DNA of 64,000 nt from the NCBI GenBank assembly GCA_963752505.1, contig CAVVYM010000003.1, forward strand, positions 158,223 to 222,222, in the 5' to 3' direction. This DNA comes from an uncultured Actinomycetes bacterium. GTDB taxonomy: Bacteria; Actinomycetota; Actinomycetes; S36-B12; UBA10799. Shown piece by piece: positions 1-10,731 of this stretch. The first letter of the stretch is position 1; every line of letters begins with the position of its first letter. A program made the position numbers and the translations under genes. Under the pieces are notes generated by a model. It saw nothing but the letters and a program-made list of their open reading frames with translations. It was not told the origin of the DNA and searched no databases.

Positions 1-2305
1 CGCTGCCTGGGCGCGATGCTGCCAGCAGCCCGAGGGCCGCAGCGGCAAGCACGACCACCTCGCCCAAGGTGTCCAGGCCGCGGAAGTCCACCAGGATCGT
101 ATTCACCACGTTGCTGCCACCGGTGGCCGCTTCGGCTTCGGTCAGGTAGTAGGTGGCCGCGTCTGATGCCCCGCGGCGACCAGTGAACGCCCACACTGCG
201 GCGCCGGCCGCGAGCCCGACGACGATCGCGGCCGCGGCGGCGATGCCCCTCGATCCGCGTCTGCCGCCAGCGGGCCGCCTGGTCGCTCTTCGGTGCGGTA
301 GTGACGCCAATACCGGCGCCGCGATGACGACCGTGAGGATCTCCACCAGCAGCAGCGTGAGGGCGACGTCGGGGGCGCCCAGCAGGAGCAGCCACACGGA
401 GATCACCAGGCCCACGAAACCGGCGGCAACCAGCGCCGCCAGGGCCGACCGGGCCACTGCCACAGCTGCCACCGCAGGCAAAAGGATCACCAGTATGACC
501 AGGTCGGTCACGGATTCGGTGCCCGGTCGGATCGGTGGCAGTCCGCCCACGCCGTAGAAGGCCCCGACGAGCAGCGCCAGAATGAGCAGGGCGACGCCGG
601 CGAGCTGGACGCCTGCGGAATTGATGTGGGCGGGTCTGCCGGTCCAGGCGCCGAATCGAATCGTCTCGTTCCAGCACCAGTCGAACACCCTCGGCGCGAT
701 GGGTTGGGGTGGTTCATCGCCGAATACTCGAGTAAGGCGAGGTCGGTTGAGGTGGATCACCAGACCCAGGGAAATGGCGGTGATGGACAAGAACAGAGCG
801 GCGGAGAAGCCGTGCCATAGCGCGAGATCATCGGCAGTGGGGGTGAAGCCGGTGTCAGCCACCGTGCGGTTGACGATGCCGTTGAGCAACCACGGGGCGA
901 TGCCGAGCACTAGCCCGAGCACAGCGGGCACTGCGGCCGGGGCGAGGAAACTCCAACGAGGCTCGTATAGGCCCTTCTGCCGCAGCGGGCCAGTGAAAGC
1001 GCCGCTGATGATCCGGGCGCTGTAGGCGAAGGTCAAAGCAGCGCCGAACACTGCCACCGCGGCGGCGGCGTAGCCAAGTGATGGCTGATCCGGCGTCCAA
1101 TTCGCCTCGGATGTGCCGAGGAAGGCGTAGAAAGCCTCCTCCTTGGCCACGAAGCCGACCAGAGGTGGCAAGCCGGCCATCGACATCGCAGCCAGCCCGG
1201 TGAGCACCGCCGTGATCGGCATCACCCGGCGCAATCCGGAGAGTTCGCGGATGTCGCGGCTGCCGGCCTCCCGGTCGATGATTCCCACCAGCATGAACAG
1301 GGTCGCCTTGAACAGGGCGTGGGCGGCCACCAGCAGGGCCGCAGCGGCCAGAGCGGCCGACGTGCCGACGCCGACCAGGGCCACCATGAGACCCAGTTGG
1401 CTGACGGTCGAGTAGGCCAGCAGCGCCTTCAAATCGTTCTGGCGTAGCGCCTCCCAGGCGCCGAATACCGCCGTGGCGAGGCCGACTGCCATGAGCGTGA
1501 CGTGCCAACCGGCGACGTCGGTGAATAGGGGAGAGAAGAGGAGGAGTAGGTAGATACCGGCCTTCACGAGCGTGGCGGCGTGGAGGTAGGCGCTGACTGG
1601 GGTGATAGCGACCATCGCGTCGGGCAACCAGAAGTGGAACGGAAGCTGGGCGGACTTGGTGAAGGCCGCAATCACGATGAGGGGCCCGATCACGGCGATG
1701 TCGCCCGCACTGAGCACGGTCGGTGCCACGCGCAGGATCTCGGACAGGTCGGAGGTGCCGGTGCGGGCGATCAGCAGGATCATCGCCGCCAGCAGGGCCA
1801 GCCCGCCGGTCGCGGTCACGAACAGCGCGCGGGTGGCTGGTCGTGAACCTTGCAGCCCGCGGCCACCGATCAGCAGGAAGCTGGAGAGCGTGGTGAGCTC
1901 CCAGAACACCAGCAGCAGGATGACGTTGTTGGCGAGCACCAGTCCGAGCATGGCCGCGGCGAACAGCGTCAGGATTCCGAACAGGCGGGCGTGGCCGTAG
2001 TGCTCGTCCAGGTACTGCGGGGCGTAACTGAGCACCAGCGCCCCCACCCCGAGCACTAAGGTGGCGAAGAGCAGGGCCAGCCCGTTCAGTCGCAGCGAGA
2101 ACTCGACCCCCAGGGTCGGAACCCACCGCCAGGTCTGAACCACCGTCTCGCCTGACCAGACAGCAGGGATCGCGCGGGCCAACAGCGCGAAAGCAGCCAC
2201 GAAGACGACTGCGAGGAAATATCCCGTGCGACGTCCGAGTTTCGGCGCTACGAACGGAACAGCAGCGGCCGCCGCCACGAGGAGGACCAGGGGGGCGATC
2301 AGCAT
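1..2305 (-). CDS. mrpA: Mrp-type Na+/H+ antiporter subunit A (NuoL-family proton-pumping membrane protein); 3' end lies beyond the window
   Basis: Not in the ORF track because it runs off the left edge. Manual reverse translation from ATG at 2305 gives MLIAPLVLLVAAAAAAVPFVAPKLGRRTG... The NuoL/MrpA motif FTKSAQLPFHFWLPDAMVAIT lies around 1600-1665. The same frame was still hydrophobic in the two further segments I translated (541-720 and 1-60). Confidence 0.8.
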   Translation of the reverse strand, partial: MLIAPLVLLVAAAAAVPFVAPKLGRRTGYFLAVVFVAAFALLARAIPAVWSGETVVQTWRWVPTLGVEFSLRLNGLALLFATLVLGVGALVLSYAPQYLDEHYGHARLFGILTLFAAAMLGLVLANNVILLLVFWELTTLSSFLLIGGRGLQGSRPATRALFVTATGGLALLAAMILLIARTGTSDLSEILRVAPTVLSAGDIAVIGPLIVIAAFTKSAQLPFHFWLPDAMVAITPVSAYLHAATLVKAGIYLLLLFSPLFTDVAGWHVTLMAVGLATAVFGAWEALRQNDLKALLAYSTVSQLGLMVALVGVGTSAALAAAALLVAAHALFKATLFMLVGIIDREAGSRDIRELSGLRRVMPITAVLTGLAAMSMAGLPPLVGFVAKEEAFYAFLGTSEANWTPDQPSLGYAAAAVAVFGAALTFAYSARIISGAFTGPLRQKGLYEPRWSFLAPAAVPAVLGLVLGIAPWLLNGIVNRTVADTGFTPTADDLALWHGFSAALFLSITAISLGLVIHLNRPRLTRVFGDEPPQPIAPRVFDWCWNETIRFGAWTGRPAHINSAGVQLAGVALLILALLVGAFYGVGGLPPIRPGTESVTDLVILVILLPAVAAVAVARSALAALVAAGFVGLVISVWLLLLGAPDVALTLLLVEILTVVIAAPVLASLPHRRATRRPAGGRRGSRGIAAAAAIVVGLAAGAAVWAFTGRRGASDAATYYLTEAEAATGGSNVVNTILVDFRGLDTLGEVVVLAAAALGLLAASRPGS

Positions 2306-2313
2306 AGGGTCGG

Positions 2314-2862
2314 CTACCCGCTGAGTCCGAGATCCGCCAGCTCGAAGGCGGCGAGATAAGGCAGCCCGGCATCCTGGACCCGATCGCGGGCCCCGCGTTC
2401 GACGATCACTGCCACCCCCACAACTTCGGCGCCGGCCTCGCGCAGGGCCTCTACCGCGGTGAGCACCGAGCCGCCGGTGGTGGAGGTGTCTTCCACCGCG
2501 AGCACTCGGCGGCCGGCAACGTCGGGGCCTTCGATTCTGCGCTGCAGCCCATGTGCCTTACCCTCCTTGCGCACCACGAAGGCGTCGAGGGAGCGGCCAC
2601 GGGCGGCAGCCGCGTGGACCATGGCCGCTGCGACTGGATCGGCACCCAGCGTGAGGCCGCCGACGGCGTCGTAGTCGAGGTCGGCGGTGAGGTCGAGCAT
2701 CACCTCGCCCACGAGGGGTGCCGCGTTGCCCGCGAGGGTGACCCGTCGGAGGTCCACGTAGTAGTCAGCTTCCCGGCCGCTCGACAGAATGACCTTCCCG
2801 TGGATCACGGCGTCGGTGGTGATGCGCTCGAGGAGGCTGTCGCTGGCGGAAGTCATGGCCAC
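2314..2862 (-). CDS. pyrE: orotate phosphoribosyltransferase
   Basis: 182-aa ORF with a PRPP-binding loop (VLAVEDTSTTGGS) and typical PyrE length. Confidence 0.9.
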   Translation of the reverse strand: MAMTSASDSLLERITTDAVIHGKVILSSGREADYYVDLRRVTLAGNAAPLVGEVMLDLTADLDYDAVGGLTLGADPVAAAMVHAAAARGRSLDAFVVRKEGKAHGLQRRIEGPDVAGRRVLAVEDTSTTGGSVLTAVEALREAGAEVVGVAVIVERGARDRVQDAGLPYLAAFELADLGLSG

Positions 2863-2913
2863 AGTTTAGGCGACTCGCGGCGCGGCCACCGCTCGGTGCG
2901 GCAGGCTGGCGTC

Positions 2914-3408
2914 ATGCAGAGGACCCACGTCGTGCTCCTGCCCGAGCGCGGTTTCGATCGGCAATCGGTGGCGGCTGAACTCGTGGGGGCGGGAATCGAC
3001 TGCTACTTGCCGGAACTCGGCGAGATTGCAGACGATCTGCCGCCGCAGCTCGCCGACGCCCGACGCGTCGCCTCCATCGCCCAGTGGCTCGGCTCGGCGA
3101 AGGTGGAGCCGCCGCTGCTGCTCGTCGCCTGCGGCACGGCTGCGCGGCTGCTACCTGCGCTCTCACTGTCCCAGCGCAGTTCAGCGCGGCTCGTCGTCGG
3201 CTACGTGGTTGTCGATGCGTTGTCGCCGGCGCCGTCGCACGAGTGGCCGGATGCCCCCGTGTGGTGGGTGGCTACCCCGGGCGCCCCGGCCGACGTTTCC
3301 GCCGGTGCCCTCAGCGCGGATCTGCGCGGATTCGAGGTGCTCTCGGAGGTTGCTGTCGTGCCGGCAATCGTCCGGGCGATGGACGAGATCGCCGGCCGAG
3401 GTGCCTAG
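2914..3408 (+). CDS. hypothetical protein (possibly a small alpha/beta-fold hydrolase-like protein)
   Basis: Only the part of ORF 2551..3408 that does not overlap pyrE antisense looks real, starting at ATG 2914 (MQRTHVVLLPERGF...). Its stop shares the palindrome CTAG with the convergent aminotransferase gene. No family recognised. Confidence 0.45.
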   Translation: MQRTHVVLLPERGFDRQSVAAELVGAGIDCYLPELGEIADDLPPQLADARRVASIAQWLGSAKVEPPLLLVACGTAARLLPALSLSQRSSARLVVGYVVVDALSPAPSHEWPDAPVWWVATPGAPADVSAGALSADLRGFEVLSEVAVVPAIVRAMDEIAGRGA

Positions 3409-4601
3409 TCGACGGCTGGGTTGTGCAACTCGACCGAGCTCAGGCGGCGCAGCGCTTCGGCCAATACCTCGGGGCGCTTGGAGAAGGTCCAACGCACGTA
3501 TTCGCTGCCGATGTCACCGCTGCTGAGTAGTTGCACCGGAATGGCGACGACGGCGGCCTCGCGCAGCGTGTGCTGCACGAAGACTTCACCGTCGGGCCAG
3601 CCCAGACCCGTGACGTCGGTGACCAGGAAGTAGCTGCCAGCCGATGGCACGACCTCCAGGCCCAGGCCCGAGAGCCCGTCGCTGAGCAGGCGCCGGGCGG
3701 CGCCGAAGCGCGCAGCCAGGCCGGTGAAGTACGACTCGGGAAGCCGGAGGCCGGCTGCGATGGCCGGTTGGAAGGGTCCCCCGGACACGTAGGAGAGGTG
3801 TTGACGCACCACCCGCACGGCCGCGATGAGGTCATGAGGGCCGGTGGCCCAGCCAACTTTCCAGCCCGTGAAGGAGAAGGTCTTACCCCCGCTGCCCACC
3901 GTCACAGTTCTCGCGCGCATGCCGTCGATGCTGGCCATCGGAGTGTGTTCTTCATCGGGTCCGAACACCAAGTGCTCGTAGACCTCGTCGCTGATGACAA
4001 TCAGGTCATGAGCCACCACGACCTCGGCCAGTGCCGCCAATTGGTCCGCGTCGAACACCGCACCCGTGGGATTGTGCGGGGTATTGAGCAGGATGGCCGT
4101 GGTCCGATCCGTCACCGCGGCTGCGATGGCCGGCACATCGAGGCGGAAGCTGCCACCCGGGTCGCGTGCCAGCGGAACCCCGACCTGCGTCGCGCCGGCC
4201 ATTGAGATGCCCGCGCCGTACACGTCGAACCACGGTTCCGGCACGATAACCTCGTCGCCGGCATCGACCAGCGCGAGGATGGCGGCGGTGATGAGTTCGC
4301 TGGCCCCGGTGCCCACGACCGCCTCCGTGGCGGGGTCGTAGTCCAGCCCGTAGAAGCGCTGCTGGTGGTCGCACACGGCGTCGAGCAGATCGGGCAACCC
4401 GTGACGCGGTGGGTACTGGTTGCCCGAGCCGCCTGCGATCGAGGCGATCGCGATCTCTTTGAGCGCCTCGGGGCCGTCGGTATCAGGGAAGCCTTGGCCT
4501 AGATTCACAGCCCCGAGTCGGCTGGCGAGGGCCGAGTACTCACCGAAGACCGACCGCGAGTGCGGTCGCATGCGGGGTATCAGGCGTGAATAGTCTTCCA
4601 C
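3405..4601 (-). CDS. PLP-dependent aminotransferase, class I/II (DapC / methionine-aminotransferase-like)
   Basis: 398 aa. NLGQGFPD near the N-terminus, NTPHNPTG, and SFSKTF-like GGKTFSFTGWKVGW (PLP lysine region). Confidence 0.85.
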   Translation of the reverse strand: MEDYSRLIPRMRPHSRSVFGEYSALASRLGAVNLGQGFPDTDGPEALKEIAIASIAGGSGNQYPPRHGLPDLLDAVCDHQQRFYGLDYDPATEAVVGTGASELITAAILALVDAGDEVIVPEPWFDVYGAGISMAGATQVGVPLARDPGGSFRLDVPAIAAAVTDRTTAILLNTPHNPTGAVFDADQLAALAEVVVAHDLIVISDEVYEHLVFGPDEEHTPMASIDGMRARTVTVGSGGKTFSFTGWKVGWATGPHDLIAAVRVVRQHLSYVSGGPFQPAIAAGLRLPESYFTGLAARFGAARRLLSDGLSGLGLEVVPSAGSYFLVTDVTGLGWPDGEVFVQHTLREAAVVAIPVQLLSSGDIGSEYVRWTFSKRPEVLAEALRRLSSVELHNPAVD

Positions 4602-4625
4602 GCGTCAGAAGGCTAGCCCACCTGG

Positions 4626-5381
4626 TCAGGCCCGGCTCATGATGCGGCGTACCAACGGCCGGGGGAGGACGCCGGCCAGGCCGCGAAGGCCCTTGTAGAC
4701 GCCGCCTGGAACCACCACGGCCCGACCTTGCGAGCACCCCCGCAGCCCGGCTTCGGCGACCGCGTCGGCATCCTTCCAGAGCCATTCCGGAATGTTCGAA
4801 ACGTCCATCTCGGCGCGCTGATGGAACTCGGTGTGGGTGAAGCCGGGGCACAGGGCCGTGACGTGCACCCCTTGGCTGGCGTAGCGCGCCGACAGGCTCT
4901 CGGCGAACACAGTCGCCCAGTCCTTGGCTGCCGAGTACGTCCCACCCGGCACGAACCCGGCGACGCTTGAGACCACGACGATTCGGCCGCGTCCCCGGTC
5001 GAGCATGCCGGGCAGGGCCGCGTGGGTCAGGCGCATGGGTGCGGTGATGAGCACGTCGAGCATCGCCTGTTCGGCTTCCAGGTCGCTGTGGGCGAAGGAC
5101 TCGGAGACGCCGAAACCCGCGTTGTTGATCAGCCATTCCACGGGTGGCGCCTCGGCGTCGGTGAGTCGCTGTGCCACCCGATTGCAGCCATCGAGGCTGC
5201 TGAGATCCGCCGGGAGCACCTGGACGGCCACGTTGAACTGGCGTTCCAGTTCTGCGGCCACGACGCCCAACCGTTCCTCGTTGCGGGCGACGAGCACAAT
5301 GTCGTGGCCGTGACCGGCGAGTTGGCGGGTGAAACTCAGACCGATGCCGGAGGTGGCCCCGGTGATCAGCGCGGTTGCCAC
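4626..5381 (-). CDS. short-chain dehydrogenase/reductase (SDR)
   Basis: 251 aa. N-terminal TGATSGIG Rossmann motif, NNAG, and a YSAAK catalytic motif. Confidence 0.85.
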   Translation of the reverse strand: MATALITGATSGIGLSFTRQLAGHGHDIVLVARNEERLGVVAAELERQFNVAVQVLPADLSSLDGCNRVAQRLTDAEAPPVEWLINNAGFGVSESFAHSDLEAEQAMLDVLITAPMRLTHAALPGMLDRGRGRIVVVSSVAGFVPGGTYSAAKDWATVFAESLSARYASQGVHVTALCPGFTHTEFHQRAEMDVSNIPEWLWKDADAVAEAGLRGCSQGRAVVVPGGVYKGLRGLAGVLPRPLVRRIMSRA

Positions 5382-5384
5382 GCG

Positions 5385-6137
5385 TTACCTGCCCTGGTTG
5401 GCCACCGCGGCTGCGGCCTCCGCGGCCGCGTCTGGATCCAGGTATTCGCCACCGGGAACCAGCGGCTTGAGGTCCGGCCCCAGCTTGTAGACCAGGGGGA
5501 TGCCGGTGGGGATGTTCAACGCCGCGATGTCGGCGTCGGAGATGCCGTCGAGGTGCTTGACCAGGGCGCGCAGCGAGTTTCCGTGGGCTCCGACGAGCAC
5601 CACTTTGCCGTCGCGCAGGTCCGGAACGATGGCGTCGTACCAGTACGGCAGCATGCGCTTGACCACGTCGGCGAGGCACTCCGTGGCGGGCAGTTCCTCC
5701 GGGGCCAGGCGGGCGTACTTCGCGTCGTACGTCTGGGCGAACTCGCTGTTGGGGTCGATCGGCGGCGGCGGGGTGTCGTAGGAGCGGCGCCACAGCATGA
5801 ACTGCTCTTCGCCGTATTGCTCGAGGGTCTGCTTCTTGTCCTTGCCCTGCAGGGCGCCGTAGTGGCGTTCATTGAGACGCCACGAACGCCTGACCGGCAG
5901 CCATAGCCGGTCCGCCGAGTCCAATGCCAGGTTGGTCGTGCGGATGGCCCGGCGCAGCAGTGACGTGTGCACGACGTCTGGGAGGATGCCGGCCTCCGCC
6001 AACATCTCGCCACCACGGACGGCCTCGGCCTCGCCCTTCTCGGTGAGGTCGACGTCGACCCAGCCGGTGAACAGGTTCAAGGAGTTCCATTCGCTTTGGC
6101 CGTGCCGCAGCAGGATCAGGGTGTAGTCATCGCTCAT
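5385..6137 (-). CDS. gpmA: 2,3-bisphosphoglycerate-dependent phosphoglycerate mutase
   Basis: Internal ATG at 6137 of ORF 5385..6257 gives [18 protein letters not shown] (RHG catalytic motif). Also ERHYGALQG and [10 protein letters not shown]. Confidence 0.95.
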   Translation of the reverse strand: MSDDYTLILLRHGQSEWNSLNLFTGWVDVDLTEKGEAEAVRGGEMLAEAGILPDVVHTSLLRRAIRTTNLALDSADRLWLPVRRSWRLNERHYGALQGKDKKQTLEQYGEEQFMLWRRSYDTPPPPIDPNSEFAQTYDAKYARLAPEELPATECLADVVKRMLPYWYDAIVPDLRDGKVVLVGAHGNSLRALVKHLDGISDADIAALNIPTGIPLVYKLGPDLKPLVPGGEYLDPDAAAEAAAAVANQGR

Positions 6138-6181
6138 GTGGCTAGTCTGCCGTGCCGAACCCCGTGTTGCCCGGGGGCTCG

Positions 6182-6676
6182 TCACTCCTCTGGCGCGAGA
6201 TGCTCGAAGGGGGCCAGATTGGCGGTGCTCTCGCCCGCCCGGAGCCGCCACTCCCACTCGGATCTGATCGCAGAGGCAAATCCCAGTCCGAGCAGGTGGT
6301 TGAACACACCGTCGCAGTGCAGCAGCACCGCACCCATGAGCCGATCCATGGTTTCCGCGTCGAAGCTGGCGGCCGGCAGTGTGCCCACGAGGAAGACATC
6401 GCCGTACTGATCAAGGGCGTAGGCCAGGCCGAAGATGCGGCGGTTGCGTTCGAGTAGCCAACGGTGAAATGGCCCCTCGTTCTCGTCCGGGTGGCGAATC
6501 ACAAAGGCGTTCACCGTCACCACTTCGCCGGCCACGGACAGCGACACGGTGGTGCGCAGTTTCTGTTCACCCGGCAGCACCACCACGACGTCGCCGTCGG
6601 GAGTCTCCTCACACTCCACCTCGGAGTCGGCGCACCACTGCAGCATGACGCCGCGGGCTGCGCTGCTGATGCTCAT
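6182..6676 (-). CDS. YbjN-like small acidic protein (conserved neighbour of mshA)
   Basis: 164 aa. Its position between gpm and mshA matches mycobacterial synteny. Family call is from memory of that synteny, with no diagnostic motif. Confidence 0.6.
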   Translation of the reverse strand: MSISSAARGVMLQWCADSEVECEETPDGDVVVVLPGEQKLRTTVSLSVAGEVVTVNAFVIRHPDENEGPFHRWLLERNRRIFGLAYALDQYGDVFLVGTLPAASFDAETMDRLMGAVLLHCDGVFNHLLGLGFASAIRSEWEWRLRAGESTANLAPFEHLAPEE

Positions 6677-7986
6677 GCGCCCCTCCGGTCGGCGGCCCAG
6701 CCGACGTCATGCGACTCGCGCGCGGCCTGGTAGGTGCCGATGATGCCGGCCGTCGTGGCTTCCCAGCCGAAGTTCAAGGCTTGTTCGCGGGCAGCGTTTG
6801 ACATGGCCGATTGCCGGCGGGCGCTGTCGAGCACCGAGGCGATGGCCCGCGCCCACGTCGCCGGCTCGCGGTTGGGCACGAGGAGGCCGGAAACGCCATC
6901 GCGCACGGCTGTCCGCAGACCTCCAACGTCACTGGCCACCACAGGGGCACCGCAGGCCTGAGCCTCCATGGCGACGAGGCCGAATGACTCCGAGTGGCTT
7001 GGGACGGCCACGAGGTCGGCGGCGCGGAAGAGATCCGCCAGGTCCGGCTTGGCCAACGGTGGCCAGAACAGTGTCCGGTCGCCGATGCCGAGCTGCTCTG
7101 CCTGGGCCCGCAGCAACTCCGGCATGCCGCTGCCGTTGCCGGAGGGGCCGCCGCAGACGACCACCAGCGGCGTCGAGTCCGGATGGTCCGCCGAATCGAG
7201 CGCCGACACCGCCGACAAGACCAGGTCCGGGGCCTTGAGCGGTTGCAGTCGTCCGACGAACACGATGATCGGGCGGCGAGCGGGAAGTCCGAGCCGGTGG
7301 CGGGCCGCCTCGCGGTCGCCGGGGGTGAAGTCATCGAGGTCGACCCCTGGATGAACCACCTGCACCTTGCGCGGTTCGGCTCCATAGAGCTCAAGGAGGT
7401 CGGTCGCCTCGGCGGAAGTGTTGGCTACCAGGGCATCTGCCACGTCGACGACCTGTTGTTCGCCGATCACCCTGGACTCGGGCTCCGTCACATCGTCGGA
7501 CCCGCGATCGCGATTCTTGACTTTGGCCATCGTGTGCATGGTGTGCACCAGTGGCACTTCCCAGCGTTCCTTGGCCACCCATCCCACCTGTCCGGACAGC
7601 CAGTAGTGGCTGTGGACGAGGTCGAACCACCCCTCGGGGCGGGCAGCCTCGGCGCGCAGCACGCCGGCGCTCAGTGCGCACAGTTGACCGGGCAGATCCT
7701 CTTTGCGCAGGCCCTGGAAAGGTCCCGCGACGATGTTGCGGACGGTCAGTCCGTCGGCGACCCGCTCAATAGTCGGCTGGGCGCGCTCGGTGGCCCGAGT
7801 GAAGACCTCGACTGCTATCCCGGCCGCGGCGAGCCGGCGCGAGACTTCCCAGACATAGACATTCATACCGCCGGCGTCGCCCTCGCCGGGCTGGGCCAGC
7901 GGAGACGTGTGAAGTGAAAGCATGGCCACGCGTTGCGGATAATCCGATGCCCCCACGGGGCCGCGGCGATGAGCGAGCCGATCCAT
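6673..7986 (-). CDS. mshA: D-inositol-3-phosphate glycosyltransferase (mycothiol biosynthesis)
   Basis: 437 aa GT4-type protein. [21 protein letters not shown] is the characteristic MshA N-terminal motif. Start overlaps the phoU stop (TGATG). Confidence 0.9.
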   Translation of the reverse strand: MDRLAHRRGPVGASDYPQRVAMLSLHTSPLAQPGEGDAGGMNVYVWEVSRRLAAAGIAVEVFTRATERAQPTIERVADGLTVRNIVAGPFQGLRKEDLPGQLCALSAGVLRAEAARPEGWFDLVHSHYWLSGQVGWVAKERWEVPLVHTMHTMAKVKNRDRGSDDVTEPESRVIGEQQVVDVADALVANTSAEATDLLELYGAEPRKVQVVHPGVDLDDFTPGDREAARHRLGLPARRPIIVFVGRLQPLKAPDLVLSAVSALDSADHPDSTPLVVVCGGPSGNGSGMPELLRAQAEQLGIGDRTLFWPPLAKPDLADLFRAADLVAVPSHSESFGLVAMEAQACGAPVVASDVGGLRTAVRDGVSGLLVPNREPATWARAIASVLDSARRQSAMSNAAREQALNFGWEATTAGIIGTYQAARESHDVGWAADRRGA

Positions 7987-8642
7987 CAGGTGGACGTACG
8001 CGAGTAGGGCTCGCCGGTGACGACGTGCATGATCCGCTTGTTGATCGTCACGGCGTGATCGGCGAATCGTTCGTAGAACCGCGAGACCAGCGTGAGGTCG
8101 ATGGCGGCTTCAACCCCATGGGTCCAGGCCGGCGACAGCATGATGTTGAACATCTCGCGATGCAGGCGATCCATCTCCTCGTCGGTCACCACGGCACGTT
8201 GCGCCAGTTCGACGCTGTGCGAAGCCATCGCGGCTCCGGTCTGGTGCACGATGCGTTGCGCCACGGCCCCCATGTCAGCAATCACGCCGCGCAGTTCCAC
8301 TGGCACTACTGAGTCGGGGAACCGCAGCCGGGTGGTCTTCGCCAAGTGGGTTGCCAGGTCGCCCATGCGCTCCAATGACGAAGCGATGCGCAGCGCTGAC
8401 AGCAGCCGACGCAACTCACCGGCGACGGGCTGCTGCAGGGCCACCAACTGGGTTGCGCGGTCGTCGATCTCGTCGTTGATGGCGTCGAGCCGCGCATCCT
8501 CAGAAATCACCTGCTCGGCGGCTTGCAGGTCGCCGTCCAACAGCGCGCGGGTGGCAAGATTCATCGCCCGGCCCACGAGCCGGGTCATCTCGATGAGCAG
8601 AGTGTCGATTTCCTGCAGCGACTCTCGATAGGCTTCCCGCAC
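7986..8642 (-). CDS. phoU: phosphate signalling complex protein PhoU
   Basis: 218 aa with the two-repeat PhoU architecture (E(R)xGD-type motifs [10 protein letters not shown] and YERFADHAV). Confidence 0.9.
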   Translation of the reverse strand: MREAYRESLQEIDTLLIEMTRLVGRAMNLATRALLDGDLQAAEQVISEDARLDAINDEIDDRATQLVALQQPVAGELRRLLSALRIASSLERMGDLATHLAKTTRLRFPDSVVPVELRGVIADMGAVAQRIVHQTGAAMASHSVELAQRAVVTDEEMDRLHREMFNIMLSPAWTHGVEAAIDLTLVSRFYERFADHAVTINKRIMHVVTGEPYSRTST

Positions 8643-8809
8643 GGTACGAGGATAGTTGCACCGCCGGTGAGGGCAACAGGCGCTCAGCCGTGCCGTTGGT
8701 GATCGACTAAACCGTCGGCGAAGCGCATGCGTCCAATCGGCGACTAATCGGTGAATCCTGAACTACCTGGGGCCGACTTCGTTAACGGAATTCTGCCTGC
8801 CACCTATCC

Positions 8810-10009
8810 TTGACCGATATGGATACCGCCGCGCTTGTGATCATCGCCGCCTTGGGCGTGGTCGTGGGACTTTTCGGGGCTGCCGCGTGGTGGCAGACAC
8901 GACGGCTGGCTGACATGCGATTTGCGGTTCAGCACAATGGCGGTGAGGGAATCGACCGCGTCCCCATCTCGCAACTGCTGGGCGTCCTGCCGGGTGCGTC
9001 CATCTTTGTGCACGGATCCAACGGCACCGTGGAGCGCGCGACGGCGAAATCCTTCAGTTTGGGGCTCGTGGTGTCGAACCGCCTCGCCAGCGAGGAGATG
9101 AACGCGATGGTGGCCGAGGTCCACCGCGATGGCATCACCCGGGAGTACGACATCAACATCCGTCGGCCGGCCCTGTCCAAAGGGGAACTGGAATTGCGGG
9201 TGCGGGCTGCGGCCGTGGGAGAGGATGCCGTGCTGCTGCTGATCGACGACCTCTCCGGCGCTCGCCGGGTGGACACTGTGCGGCGCGACTTCGTGGCGAA
9301 CGTCAGCCATGAGCTCAAGACGCCGGTGGGTGCGCTGTCCTTGCTCGCTGAAGCGGTGTCCGTGGCGGCCGATGATCCCGACGAGGTGCGTCACTTCGCG
9401 GATCGCATGAGTGCGGAGTGCTCGCGACTGAGCCACCTTGTGGCCGACCTCATCGACCTCTCCCGCCTGCAGGGCGACCAGCCGCTGGACAGCGCGCAGC
9501 CGGTGAGTGTGGATTTCATGGTGGCCGAAGCAATCGACATGCTCACCACCGCTGCGACAAATGCCGAGATTGACATCGTCGTAGGCGGTGAGGAGGAACT
9601 GCAGGTCTACGGCGTCGAGGACCAGCTCATCACCGCGCTGCGCAACTTGCTGGCCAACGCGATTGCCTATTCCCCGCCGCGCACCAAAGTGGCCATCGGG
9701 GTGGCCGAGCGCGACGGAATCGTGAACGTCTCCGTGACGGACCAGGGGATCGGCATCGATTCGGGGAACCTCGATCGAATCTTCGAGCGCTTCTACCGGG
9801 TGGATCCGGCCCGGTCGCGCATCACCGGTGGGACCGGCTTGGGGTTGGCGATCGTCAAGCACGTGTGCAACAACCACGGCGGTGAGGTGACGGTCTGGTC
9901 GGTCCAGGGGGAGGGCAGCACGTTCACGCTGCGCCTGCCCGCCTATCGTCCAGGTTCAGACTCCAGCGAGGCCGCGCTGGATCCGGAGGGAGTGCGTACG
10001 TGGGAGTGA
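8810..10009 (+). CDS. senX3: phosphate-responsive sensor histidine kinase
   Basis: N-terminal TM segment, H-box FVANVSHELKTP, N/G boxes (NLLANAIAYS, DQGIGI, GGTGLGLAIVKH). Followed by regX3 and preceded divergently by phoU. Start could be TTG 8810 or ATG 8819. Confidence 0.85.
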   Translation: MTDMDTAALVIIAALGVVVGLFGAAAWWQTRRLADMRFAVQHNGGEGIDRVPISQLLGVLPGASIFVHGSNGTVERATAKSFSLGLVVSNRLASEEMNAMVAEVHRDGITREYDINIRRPALSKGELELRVRAAAVGEDAVLLLIDDLSGARRVDTVRRDFVANVSHELKTPVGALSLLAEAVSVAADDPDEVRHFADRMSAECSRLSHLVADLIDLSRLQGDQPLDSAQPVSVDFMVAEAIDMLTTAATNAEIDIVVGGEEELQVYGVEDQLITALRNLLANAIAYSPPRTKVAIGVAERDGIVNVSVTDQGIGIDSGNLDRIFERFYRVDPARSRITGGTGLGLAIVKHVCNNHGGEVTVWSVQGEGSTFTLRLPAYRPGSDSSEAALDPEGVRTWE

Positions 10010-10704
10010 TGAAGGAGCCGGTGCGCATCCTGGTGGTCGAGGACGAGGAGTCCATCAGCGAAGCGCTCGCCTATGTGCTGAGCAAGGAGGGCTTCGCCGT
10101 GCAGGTGGCGGCCACGGGCCCGGACGGCGTCGCGGAGTTCAAGTTGTGGGCGCCGGATCTGGTGCTGCTCGACGTGATGCTGCCCGGACTGCCGGGCACC
10201 GAGGTCTGTCGCGAGATTCGGACCACTTCGAGCGTGCCGATCATCATGCTGACCGCCAAGGACGCCGAGATCGACAAGGTCGTCGGGCTCGAACTCGGAG
10301 CCGACGACTACGTCACCAAGCCGTTCTCCACCCGCGAACTCCTCGCTCGGATCCGGGCGGTACTGCGTCGGCAGGGATCCATCGCCGAGGAGGGGGAGGA
10401 CACCGGGGTTGTCACCGCCGGACCCGTCCGGCTTGATGCCGATCGGCACGTGGTGACGGTGCGGGGTGAGGAGGTGAGGTTCCCCCTCAAGGAGTTCGAG
10501 TTGCTTGAGCTGTTGATGCGCAACGAGGGCAGGGTGCTCACCCGAGCCCAGTTGATTGACCGTGTCTGGGGAAGCAACTACGTGGGGGACACCAAGACGC
10601 TCGACGTTCACATCAAGCGTCTGCGGGGCAAGATCGAGGTGGAACCCAGCAAACCGGCCCACGTCATCACGGTGCGAGGCCTCGGGTACAAGTACCAGGA
10701 CTGA
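10009..10704 (+). CDS. regX3: OmpR-family response regulator
   Basis: MKEPVRILVVEDEESI receiver domain plus a winged-helix C-terminus (LDVHIKRLRGKIE). ATG 10009 overlaps the senX3 TGA (TGATG). Confidence 0.9.
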   Translation: MKEPVRILVVEDEESISEALAYVLSKEGFAVQVAATGPDGVAEFKLWAPDLVLLDVMLPGLPGTEVCREIRTTSSVPIIMLTAKDAEIDKVVGLELGADDYVTKPFSTRELLARIRAVLRRQGSIAEEGEDTGVVTAGPVRLDADRHVVTVRGEEVRFPLKEFELLELLMRNEGRVLTRAQLIDRVWGSNYVGDTKTLDVHIKRLRGKIEVEPSKPAHVITVRGLGYKYQD

Positions 10705-10731
10705 GGCCTCGGCAGGCGCTGGCTCGCGGAC

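Noticed and set aside
855-2372. 505-aa ORF on the minus strand
   Set aside because: Extremely Arg/Pro/Gly-rich and out of frame with the real mrpA reading frame (start 2305), whose translation shows NuoL/MrpA motifs. This is a typical high-GC shadow ORF that also runs into pyrE.
4540-5793. 417-aa ORF spanning the SDR and gpmA genes
   Set aside because: Arg-rich nonsense composition. It overlaps two well-supported genes in other frames.
8740-8775. Possible Pho-box/RegX3 site (GGTGAATCCTGAACTACC) between phoU and senX3
   Set aside because: The resemblance to direct-repeat Pho boxes is weak, and I cannot recall a precise consensus for this lineage. Not supportable from sequence alone.
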